Origin: Candidatus Woesearchaeota archaeon
GTDB taxonomy: Archaea > Nanobdellota > Nanobdellia > Pacearchaeales > GW2011-AR1
NCBI GenBank assembly: GCA_964355135.1
Contig: CAYHCG010000003.1
Coordinates: 72,783-136,782 of the forward strand
DNA length: 64,000 bases
Reading direction: 5' to 3'
Made by a program: the position numbers and the translations under genes. The notes under the pieces were generated by a model, which saw nothing but the letters and a program-made list of their open reading frames with translations, made no database searches and had not been told where the DNA came from. Within the stretch, counting starts at the first letter, position 1. Each line of letters opens with the position of its first letter. Of this stretch, positions 28,019-36,130 are shown piece after piece.

Positions 28019-30925
28019 TTAATTATTGCATCCGCTCAAATGCTCAATAATCGCATTTGAAAACTGCGTAATAGTTATTTGCCCATTGTAAAATTGCGGG
28101 GCATAATCATTCAGTTCCGTCTGACTAACCGTTCCATCACTATTTGCATCTGCTCCGCTTTCACAGGTTGGTTCTTCTCCTGTATCACTAAACAAATCGG
28201 TAACTTCTTGCTGCGTCAAAGTCTTACTATACACTCTCACGTCGTCCATTGTTCCATTAAAGAATAAATCATCTCCACCACCGTCCTTTCTGGCAATATA
28301 GAAAGCGTTATTAAACACAGGATTGGCATTGCCACTTCCTACCATAACTCCATTGACATAGATTTTAACATTACCATTCCCCGCAGTTAAAGTTATAAAA
28401 GACCATGCATTCAAAGGAATAGAGCCTACATCTCCAACTAAAGTGTCATCATCATACCAGTAATCAAGTTTACCATTATGCAAATAAAGCGCTCCAAAAT
28501 CAGTTCCTGCCCAAGCACTTCCTGTACTATCTGCAAATATATTATGCCATTTTCCATTAGTGGAAGTTGCAGGATTAATCCATCCGCTCACGCTAAAGCT
28601 ACTTCCTGCATTTAGCGTAGTAGCATAATCAACCCTATCATTTGTTCCATCAAAAAGATAAGCAGCATTTGTATTCCCATTTCTATCAGCTGTCAAAGCT
28701 GGACAATTTGCCCCGCAACTGCCATGCCTTACATTTGGCGAGCTATCTAAAATTCCATCACTTGTAACATCATCAAATTTATAATGCAATTCTAAAGTTT
28801 CTGGTATGGGGCATTGATCATAAACACACTGATAACTCGCACTGCATTCCACCCTATTGCACCCATCAGGATTAGAACATAAATCTATATCTCCAGTTGC
28901 AACACATGCTCCTGCTCCATTACATTGCGCATTGCTTGCGCATTCTCCTCCCGCAACTGTGCAACTCGTCCCGCTTGCAGCATTATTTGTTAAACATCCG
29001 CTTCCTGCTGCGCCTCCGGCTCCAACACATCTATCATTTGTCGTGCAAGCATTATTATCATTGCATACAGTATCATCAGCCGCATTACAAGTATCACTCG
29101 CTTCATTACAAGTAGTCGTACATGAATATGCATCTGCAATACAAGGAGCTGTTCCTGAAACACACTGTCCGGTTCCAGTATTGCACGTCTCTGCTCCATC
29201 GCAGAAATTACCGTTGCTGCATTGCGCATGAGTAGTACACGGTGCAGCTGTCCCGTATTCATATGCGCCGATATCGTAATCCGCAACCCCATCTCCCTTT
29301 CCTGCAATATCAATCGGTCTGCTATTCCCATCAAAATCTTTCATGTTTGTCAATCCCATTACATTTTGTATATTTACCCCAACATCAATTGCAGGACTAT
29401 TTTGTTGTAAGTTGAAATCTCCCAATACATCGCCACTGATATAATCTACAAATAAAGGATTAGCAACAATGCTATTTACTTCATTTCCGGCCCCCACATT
29501 GCTATACTTTGTTGGATAAAATAAATTATAGTCAGAATTGACATTTGTTATTCCAGTGTCTATATCAATGCCATGATTATCATACATAATATTATTTCTA
29601 ATTTTAATGTTGTCGACAATTCTTCCTGCTTTTTTAACGATCCTTATACAAGGATAAGTTCCCAAGTCTCCACAAGTATTAGAGTGAATTTCAATATCCC
29701 GAACATTAAAATTAATAATTGGGTTGCTCGCTCGATCCCATGAGAAATCTAAGAAAATGCCTGGAGGCTCACCAGTATATATGGCGTTATAAAGAATATT
29801 CCCATAAATTTCAATTCCACTAAAATCAGTGCCACTCGCTTCATCCCCATCACAACAAGGACTAATGTAAATTAATTGCGTATATCCGAAAATTAAATTA
29901 TTCCTAATTGTCAAATTTATATTGCCTTGAAGATGTTTTTGCGGATAGAGATCAAGCCCATCCTGATGACAGGGATCTGGAAGATTATTTGTATTAAAAG
30001 TTGGACCATGAATATAATTATTTTCAATTGTCATATTATAAGAGATACCATGCCCGACAGCATCACAATCAATTTCATCTATATGGTTGCCCCTTAAAAT
30101 AACATTGTTTCCTTTGCCTATTCTTATTGCATTATACACTCTCTTAATCTCATTATTCTCTAAAATAACTTTTTTCAAAGTTCCACTAGCTCTAATTCCT
30201 GCAGATTGCGAATTTTGTGCATTTCCTCCGCGCCGCCCATCATGAATATAGTTATTGACAATTTCAATTCCTTCTGCGGTATTATCATCATTAGATTGTA
30301 AATAAACAATATGTTCCAACGCATTTCGAATATCAAATCCCTCAATTCTAATGTATTTTCTCTGATATAAATTAACCGCATAATCCAAACTTTGTCCATC
30401 AATAATAATCTGACAATCTGTCTTGGATTGCTTTGCCTGCGCACTCGAATCTCCCTGACATCCCTCTCCAGGATAAGCCTTAAAAGTAATTTTCTGACTT
30501 GGAGTTCCAGAGTTTACCGGAGCCAAACTCTCGGTATATATCCCTGATCTTGCACAGACAATATCGCCAGCAACTGCAACATTCGCTGCACCAGTTAAAG
30601 TCTTATATGCTCTTTCTGTTCCTCCAGTACAAGAACGTGTTGCTTCGTTATAGGTAGTGCATGTACTAGGAACAATATTCTTATCAACAAAAATAGTGCA
30701 GCCAGTAGGTGAAGATAATGCTACTTGTCCCTCTTGCTGCTCTCCTCCAAATCCAAAGAAATCCTTAAAATTATTCCAAATACCATCTCCTGCAATTCCT
30801 CTAAAAGCTAAATCATCTCCATCATAAACACTCAAACCATTAATGCTGGCTCTAAAGACCCCTAAAACAAGTATTGCAGCTAACAAAACTATTAAAGAAA
30901 CTAATAAAATACCTCTCCTCTTCAT
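28019..30925 (-). CDS. secreted right-handed beta-helix protein with Cys-rich repeats, LamG/concanavalin-like domain and EF-hand/dockerin-like tail
   Basis: Signal-anchor MKRRGILLVSLIVLL. PbH1-type turns NNYIHD, NNEIKR, GNHIDE, NNYIHG, RNNLIFG. Cys-rich block followed by a Laminin_G_3-like block (LHYKFDD ... DDVRVY). Canonical loop DANSDGTVSQTE near the C-terminus. Confidence 0.85.
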   Translation of the reverse strand: MKRRGILLVSLIVLLAAILVLGVFRASINGLSVYDGDDLAFRGIAGDGIWNNFKDFFGFGGEQQEGQVALSSPTGCTIFVDKNIVPSTCTTYNEATRSCTGGTERAYKTLTGAANVAVAGDIVCARSGIYTESLAPVNSGTPSQKITFKAYPGEGCQGDSSAQAKQSKTDCQIIIDGQSLDYAVNLYQRKYIRIEGFDIRNALEHIVYLQSNDDNTAEGIEIVNNYIHDGRRGGNAQNSQSAGIRASGTLKKVILENNEIKRVYNAIRIGKGNNVILRGNHIDEIDCDAVGHGISYNMTIENNYIHGPTFNTNNLPDPCHQDGLDLYPQKHLQGNINLTIRNNLIFGYTQLIYISPCCDGDEASGTDFSGIEIYGNILYNAIYTGEPPGIFLDFSWDRASNPIINFNVRDIEIHSNTCGDLGTYPCIRIVKKAGRIVDNIKIRNNIMYDNHGIDIDTGITNVNSDYNLFYPTKYSNVGAGNEVNSIVANPLFVDYISGDVLGDFNLQQNSPAIDVGVNIQNVMGLTNMKDFDGNSRPIDIAGKGDGVADYDIGAYEYGTAAPCTTHAQCSNGNFCDGAETCNTGTGQCVSGTAPCIADAYSCTTTCNEASDTCNAADDTVCNDNNACTTNDRCVGAGGAAGSGCLTNNAASGTSCTVAGGECASNAQCNGAGACVATGDIDLCSNPDGCNRVECSASYQCVYDQCPIPETLELHYKFDDVTSDGILDSSPNVRHGSCGANCPALTADRNGNTNAAYLFDGTNDRVDYATTLNAGSSFSVSGWINPATSTNGKWHNIFADSTGSAWAGTDFGALYLHNGKLDYWYDDDTLVGDVGSIPLNAWSFITLTAGNGNVKIYVNGVMVGSGNANPVFNNAFYIARKDGGGDDLFFNGTMDDVRVYSKTLTQQEVTDLFSDTGEEPTCESGADANSDGTVSQTELNDYAPQFYNGQITITQFSNAIIEHLSGCNN

Positions 30926-30953
30926 ATGTCCTTATATCTTTATGAGTTTAAAA
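30926..30953 (-). promoter_or_regulatory. TATA box + 20-nt spacer, leaderless-type promoter of 28019-30925
   Basis: Minus strand reads AAGATTTTAAAC-N20-ATG. The same layout recurs upstream of most island genes. Confidence 0.5.
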
Positions 30954-31040
30954 TCTTATTGTTTCAAAAGAATTATTGTTAAGATATACAAAGTTGCCAA
31001 CCATCCAAACCCTTATAAAACCCATTTTCTCTTTCTTTAT

Positions 31041-31097
31041 ATGTCAAGAATTAATTGAATTCTTGAGCATGCTCAGAAATCGGAGATTTATGACAAT
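31041..31097. repeat. nested palindromic MITE-like element, copy C, overlapping the aIF2-gamma promoter and start
   Basis: TTCTTTATATGTCAAGA left end, core TCTTGAGCATGCTCAGAA (one deletion), degenerate right arm TTATGACAAT that covers the ATG. Confidence 0.55.
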
Positions 31098-32310
31098 GGC
31101 AGAGAAAAGTAAACAACAAACAGTTTCAGCAGATGAATTAGAAACTATTAATATAGGTATCTTTGGACACATAGATCATGGTAAGACTTCGCTACTTGAA
31201 AAAATAAGCGGAAAATGGACAGATACTCACTCAGAAGAAATTAAAAGAGGAATAACCATAAAACTAGGATATGCAGATACAATCATCTGTAAAGACAAAG
31301 ATGAATATAATATCTCCGGCAAGGGAACCCCAGTAAGACACGTATCTTTTATTGATTCTCCAGGACATGAGATGTTAATGGCCACAACTTTATCTGGAGC
31401 AGCTTTAATAGATGCTGCAATTCTAGTTATTGCTGCAAATGAAGGCATAAAGCCTCAAACTCAAGAACATTTAATGGTCTTACTTGCAAAAAAAGTAGAA
31501 AAAATTATAGTTGTTCAAAATAAAATAGATTTAGTTAATATTGAAGTAGCAAAAAAGAATTATTCTGAAATAAAAAGATTCCTTGGAGAAAAATACGCAA
31601 GCTCTAAAATAATTCCAGTTTCAGCCCAACAAAATGTTAATATTTCGCAAATCTTAAGAGCAATCTGTGAAATATCCATTCCCAAAAGAAACCCTGCAGA
31701 TATCCCAGTATTTACAGTAGCAAGAAGTTTTGATATCAACAAACCAGGTACATCTCCAAAAGAATTACATGGGGCAGTGTTAGGAGGAACATTAATACAA
31801 GGAAAATTAAAGGTCGGAGATATGATTGAAATAAAACCTGGAAGAAGCACTAAAGAAGAAAACGAAAAGAAATATCATTCAATCAATACAAAAATAATCT
31901 CCCTTTTCAAAGGCTCAAATAAAACTGCAGAATTAACTCCTGGAGGCAGCATGTCAATAGAAACAGATCTTGATATGGCATTAGCTAAATCCGATGCTTT
32001 AGCAGGCAATCTAGTCTCCCATATCGGAAAATTACCGCAGTCTTCAAATATTATAAAAATGAAATATCACTTATTTCCTAGAGTTTTTGGAATATCAAGT
32101 GAAACAAAAGTAGAAGAAGTAAAAAAAGGAGAAGTTATAATGCTTTCAATAAACACTTCTGTAACTGGCGGAACGGTAACTACAATAAATAAAGATGAAT
32201 TGCAGATCTCTCTTAAAATCCCAGCAATTTTCTTCAAAAGTGAAAACGTTGGCTTGGGTAGAAATATCCTAGGTCACTGGCGTTTGATTGGTTATGGTGA
32301 GGTAATATAA
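31090..32310 (+). CDS. eif2g: translation initiation factor aIF2 gamma subunit
   Basis: GHIDHGKTS, DSPGH and NKID motifs; a KRGITIKLGYAD segment. Start set at MTMAEK, preceded by GGAG. The 38 upstream ORF-track codons overlap the repeat/promoter. Confidence 0.93.
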   Translation: MTMAEKSKQQTVSADELETINIGIFGHIDHGKTSLLEKISGKWTDTHSEEIKRGITIKLGYADTIICKDKDEYNISGKGTPVRHVSFIDSPGHEMLMATTLSGAALIDAAILVIAANEGIKPQTQEHLMVLLAKKVEKIIVVQNKIDLVNIEVAKKNYSEIKRFLGEKYASSKIIPVSAQQNVNISQILRAICEISIPKRNPADIPVFTVARSFDINKPGTSPKELHGAVLGGTLIQGKLKVGDMIEIKPGRSTKEENEKKYHSINTKIISLFKGSNKTAELTPGGSMSIETDLDMALAKSDALAGNLVSHIGKLPQSSNIIKMKYHLFPRVFGISSETKVEEVKKGEVIMLSINTSVTGGTVTTINKDELQISLKIPAIFFKSENVGLGRNILGHWRLIGYGEVI

Positions 32311-32479
32311 CTCACTACTTTAATCTTGTAAATAAGAGCTATGTTGCCGAAGAGAAGTAATATAATTCACAATTATATAAATTAATAAAGAATTATCTTG
32401 CTGAGCAGAACTTATTTAACTCACCAAAAATTTTAAATTAGTACTTAATTACTGAACAGAAGTAATCTAAGGAAAACTT

Positions 32480-34387
32480 TTACTCTTTAAATTTATGAGT
32501 CATTTTCTTTATTTCTACTTTATTTTTATGTGACTTAGATTTGCCAATTATTAAAATAACAATGACAACAACTACGACTAATGCAAATATCAATAAGAAG
32601 ACTACGACAGTTGTCTTGGAGAAAGTTTTTCCACCTATGACTAAAGATCCATTGCTTAAGTCTTCCTCTCCTACTTCTCCGCAAATTTGCTCTAAAGCAG
32701 GCATGCTCGAAGTAGTTCCGCAATTATTTGCATCTGTACAAGACTTTGATTGCGTTCCGTTTATACACTCGCCAAATTCTGTGCAATTCCAAGATTCAAT
32801 GCAAAGAGCACCTCCCTCAACATCTAGTTCTGAGACATCTAGTTCTGAAGTGTCCTCTCTGCTTGTACATCCACCATCACTTGGATGATCTACTTTTCCA
32901 TCACCATCATTATCACTTCCATCTCTACATTGAGGTGTAACAGAGCTGCCGCCGCCACCGCCTCCTCCGCCGCCACCACCGCCAGGATTATTAGGAATTG
33001 TCTGTCCCTCTACAACTTCATATGTTGAAAATCCAGAAATATTTAGGCTATAATTTCCTCCATTATAACTTACAAAAACACAGGATGTGCAATCCACCCC
33101 ATCCTTTAACACTTTAGGCTGATTAAATCCAATATTATAAAATGTCAGTTTGGATGCAACATTCAATCTTCCGATTCCATCGCCGTTTATGTCAACTCCT
33201 ATTTTTTTGCTATCAAAAGTAATAAATCTATTCAAATCTAATCTTGAGAAATCTATGCTTGGATAGAATTGAATCTTACCATTATTAATATTTTCAATTA
33301 CTACATTGCTTACATTACTTATATTAATCACTAATGAAAAATTAGTGGTGGCTCCATTAAATCCAGAAGAAGCTGGAAGTAAAAAACATCCTGTAGCATT
33401 AAATATGCATTGATTGCATCTCAATAGACCTCCGGCAGGATATCCCTGGACTATACAGCTAGAACTACCTAAGTCAGTTCCATCGCATTGCTCGCTACCC
33501 TCTCTAAAATTGTTATTATTGCAACTTGGTATTTGACACTGATCTAAAACATCATTACACGTCTGTCCAGATGGACAAGGATCTGGCTGATCTAAACAAC
33601 CTAATGTTGCACTGCAAATTTCTGATCCATCACAATATAATCCATTTGTACATAAAGAATTATTTACAATGTGAAATATAGAATCAGTTGGTTCATTGCA
33701 AGAATCGATTGTACATGCAACGCCATCTGTTAGAGAAGGTGCGGTTCCAGGCCTGCATCCTAAAGTAAGGCTGCAAAATTCTACTCCGTTACAAAATGCT
33801 CCATCATTGCAAGCGGCATCACTGGCAACATGACTGCAACTATCGGTTGCTTCGTTACACGAATCAGTCGTACAGGAAACCGAATCAGCGCAATTTACAC
33901 TAGTTCCCGCCTGACATGCATTATTAACACATCTTTCTGTTCCGTCACAATATAATCCGTTGTTGCAATCAGCATCACCGCTGCAAGAAACAACAGATAC
34001 CGTAGTGATTCCAGCGACTGTTCTCAAAACATTACTCCCCATACTGTAATTGCCCCTAAATTGATAAGGCCCAATAGAATTAGGTGCTTTTACAGTATAA
34101 GTATATGTCCTATCCGCAGGATTAGTATAATTAACAAAAATAATTCTCAAGGAATTAGCAGTTAAATTGACAGTCCCTCCTCCAAAGCTGACAAAACTCC
34201 ATCCCGTAGGAATAAATTCCTCTATCGCGTAAAAATTGTCAGTTGAATTAACATCCACGATCATATTTACATTCAAGTTACTATTCCTCATAACATTGCT
34301 GCTGGAAAAGCTCCTACTAACAGTCCCGCCGCTAACAAAAGAAGCTGCGATAACTATTAACAAGAAAAAAATACCCCCTCTTTTCAT
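32480..34387 (-). CDS. type-I membrane-anchored Cys-rich surface protein
   Basis: Signal peptide, then a DUF11-like beta-sandwich (EEFIPTGWSFVS). Then slime-mold-type Cys repeats, a Gly12 linker, a DNDGDG metal-binding motif and a W-x-C module. A C-terminal TM helix precedes a Lys-rich tail. Confidence 0.85.
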   Translation of the reverse strand: MKRGGIFFLLIVIAASFVSGGTVSRSFSSSNVMRNSNLNVNMIVDVNSTDNFYAIEEFIPTGWSFVSFGGGTVNLTANSLRIIFVNYTNPADRTYTYTVKAPNSIGPYQFRGNYSMGSNVLRTVAGITTVSVVSCSGDADCNNGLYCDGTERCVNNACQAGTSVNCADSVSCTTDSCNEATDSCSHVASDAACNDGAFCNGVEFCSLTLGCRPGTAPSLTDGVACTIDSCNEPTDSIFHIVNNSLCTNGLYCDGSEICSATLGCLDQPDPCPSGQTCNDVLDQCQIPSCNNNNFREGSEQCDGTDLGSSSCIVQGYPAGGLLRCNQCIFNATGCFLLPASSGFNGATTNFSLVINISNVSNVVIENINNGKIQFYPSIDFSRLDLNRFITFDSKKIGVDINGDGIGRLNVASKLTFYNIGFNQPKVLKDGVDCTSCVFVSYNGGNYSLNISGFSTYEVVEGQTIPNNPGGGGGGGGGGGGSSVTPQCRDGSDNDGDGKVDHPSDGGCTSREDTSELDVSELDVEGGALCIESWNCTEFGECINGTQSKSCTDANNCGTTSSMPALEQICGEVGEEDLSNGSLVIGGKTFSKTTVVVFLLIFALVVVVVIVILIIGKSKSHKNKVEIKKMTHKFKE

Positions 34388-34568
34388 ATCTTATTATCTT
34401 AATTATCCTTTAAATACTCTATGGGCACTGTCTTCTTTATACAACAAAATTATATTTTCAAGAAGACATATAATAAAGTCTAAATACCCCCATAACTAAC
34501 CATATATGTATTAACTACTCAGTAGTTAAAATAGTAACATTTAAATACTCTTTTTGACTCTATAAAGT

Positions 34569-35987
34569 ATGAAAAAAAGAACATTAGCCTTAGTAATAAT
34601 GACTCTTTTAGTCGTTAGTATCCTTCCTTTGAGTACAGCAAGAGACAATCCTAGAATTTCAAACGATAAAAATATCCGTAGTACAAGAGATACTCAAAAA
34701 ATACAAGGAACATTACAAGTCGACATTTATGATGATTTTGACAACCATAAATCCTGGACAGAATATAGTATAACAGACACTGCAGGAAACACCTATAAAA
34801 TAGATTCTAAAAATGTCAATTTTGAAGCTGGAGACACTATTAGTGTTGAAGGCTCAGTTTCCTCAGGAGAAATAACTGCATCTAAAATTTCCCTAATAAA
34901 CTCTAGCAATCAAAGATCAATTTCTACAGGACAAAGAAATGTTGCTTTAATTTTAGTCAACTCTATAGACAATCCAATTCAGCCAATATCAACAAGAGAA
35001 GCTTGGAACAAAGTATTCAGCCCCAGCACAAAATACTCGTTAAATTCATATATGTATGAAACATCAGAAGGAAAGTTAAAAATAAATGGAAAAGTTTTTG
35101 GCTGGTACACTGTAAATTTAAGTGAAAGTGATTTATGTAATGGTGCTTGGCAAAAAGGGTATAAAGCTGCAGATAATGATATTGATTACAGACAATTTGA
35201 TACACTCATTGTAGCTTTTCCAAGAACAAACTGCCCTTGGGGAGGATTAGCACAACCAGCTCCAAGTAGGACAAACACTTCAGAAGGCTGGATTTACCTT
35301 TATCGAGCAAGTATTAATGGAATGGATATGTTAGATAATGGAGCCGTATCACATGAATTCGGACACATACTACAATTAAGACATGCAAATGATTTAGAAT
35401 GTGATACTACAACTCTAGGAAAACCATGTTCTACAATTGAATATGGAGATCAATTTGACATTATGGGTCTAGCATCAAGTCCTTATAATGGCCACTTTAA
35501 TTCAATAAATATGGAAAAACTTAATTGGCTAAATAATGATAATATTGCAGTAACGTCTAATTCTCAAAGCATTAAAATTTATCCAATTGAAATCCCTAGT
35601 AAAAAAGTCAAGTTTGTCAAGGTACCTATTAACTCCAATTACTCATACTATCTTGAATTTCGAAGACCGATTGGGTACGATATTGATGGTTACAATTTTG
35701 GGATGAATATATACAATAAAGATATTTATGACGGAGTTATGATAAGAATGAATAAAGTTATATCGCCAAACTCTTTTGGGCAGAATAGCGCAGCAAACTC
35801 TCAGTTATTGGATATGACTCCCAAAAGCAACCCTGCCAGTTCTCCAGAATATTGGGTTCAATTACACGATTCATTAGATGTAGTTTTAAGAGAAGGAAAC
35901 ACATTTACTGATCAAGTAAATGGAATTCAAATAACGACTATTGATGTAACAGAGGAATATGTTGAAGTTTCTATAACTAAAATCTAG
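34569..35987 (+). CDS. secreted M11 (gametolysin)-like metalloprotease, minimal paralog
   Basis: Signal peptide. HEFGHILQLRH (HExxHxxxxxH with Gln in place of Gly). YYLEFRRPIGYD block shared with four paralogs. Confidence 0.8.
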   Translation: MKKRTLALVIMTLLVVSILPLSTARDNPRISNDKNIRSTRDTQKIQGTLQVDIYDDFDNHKSWTEYSITDTAGNTYKIDSKNVNFEAGDTISVEGSVSSGEITASKISLINSSNQRSISTGQRNVALILVNSIDNPIQPISTREAWNKVFSPSTKYSLNSYMYETSEGKLKINGKVFGWYTVNLSESDLCNGAWQKGYKAADNDIDYRQFDTLIVAFPRTNCPWGGLAQPAPSRTNTSEGWIYLYRASINGMDMLDNGAVSHEFGHILQLRHANDLECDTTTLGKPCSTIEYGDQFDIMGLASSPYNGHFNSINMEKLNWLNNDNIAVTSNSQSIKIYPIEIPSKKVKFVKVPINSNYSYYLEFRRPIGYDIDGYNFGMNIYNKDIYDGVMIRMNKVISPNSFGQNSAANSQLLDMTPKSNPASSPEYWVQLHDSLDVVLREGNTFTDQVNGIQITTIDVTEEYVEVSITKI

Positions 35988-35998
35988 TTTTAGAGAAG

Positions 35999-36020
35999 TT
36001 TGAAAAACTACCGTTTTTCA
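35999..36020 (+). terminator. perfect 9-bp hairpin after the protease gene
   Basis: TTGAAAAAC-TACC-GTTTTTCAA, 12 nt after the stop. Function inferred. Confidence 0.35.
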
Positions 36021-36130
36021 ACAACTAAGACTATTATGCAAACTTAAAGGTTTTTATCGTGGATGTAGTTTATACGTTTTTTGCGAAATTCAAAAACATG
36101 CATTAAAATTTGGATTTTGCAAAGTTCTCT

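Noticed and set aside
28857-29334. Antisense and alternative-frame ORFs inside the Cys-rich genes (for example 28857-29231+, 28897-29115+, 28990-29334-, 47143-47628+, 44894-45172+, 53392-53619+).
   Set aside because: They are shadows of long ORFs with clear domain content. Their low-complexity His/Leu/Pro-rich translations are typical of the reverse frames of Cys/Gly/Thr-rich coding sequence.
30976-31089. N-terminal 38-codon extension of the aIF2-gamma ORF.
   Set aside because: The extension is translated from the promoter and palindromic element. It has no similarity to the aIF2-gamma N-terminus. An ATG preceded by GGAG at 31090 gives a normal-length protein.
32944-32985. GC-rich GCC/ACC tract as a slippage-prone simple-sequence contingency locus.
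   Set aside because: It encodes Gly12 using mixed GGC/GGT/GGA codons. There is no long perfect nucleotide repeat, so it is more likely a flexible linker.
32700-34300. Calling the E(E/D)..P.GW.(V/F)VS beta-sandwich domains of 32480 and 39679 cohesins, which would complete a cohesin-dockerin system.
   Set aside because: The motif resembles DUF11/CARDB-type sandwiches at least as well, and I have no sequence evidence for a cohesin fold. It is retained only as a testable binding-partner hypothesis.
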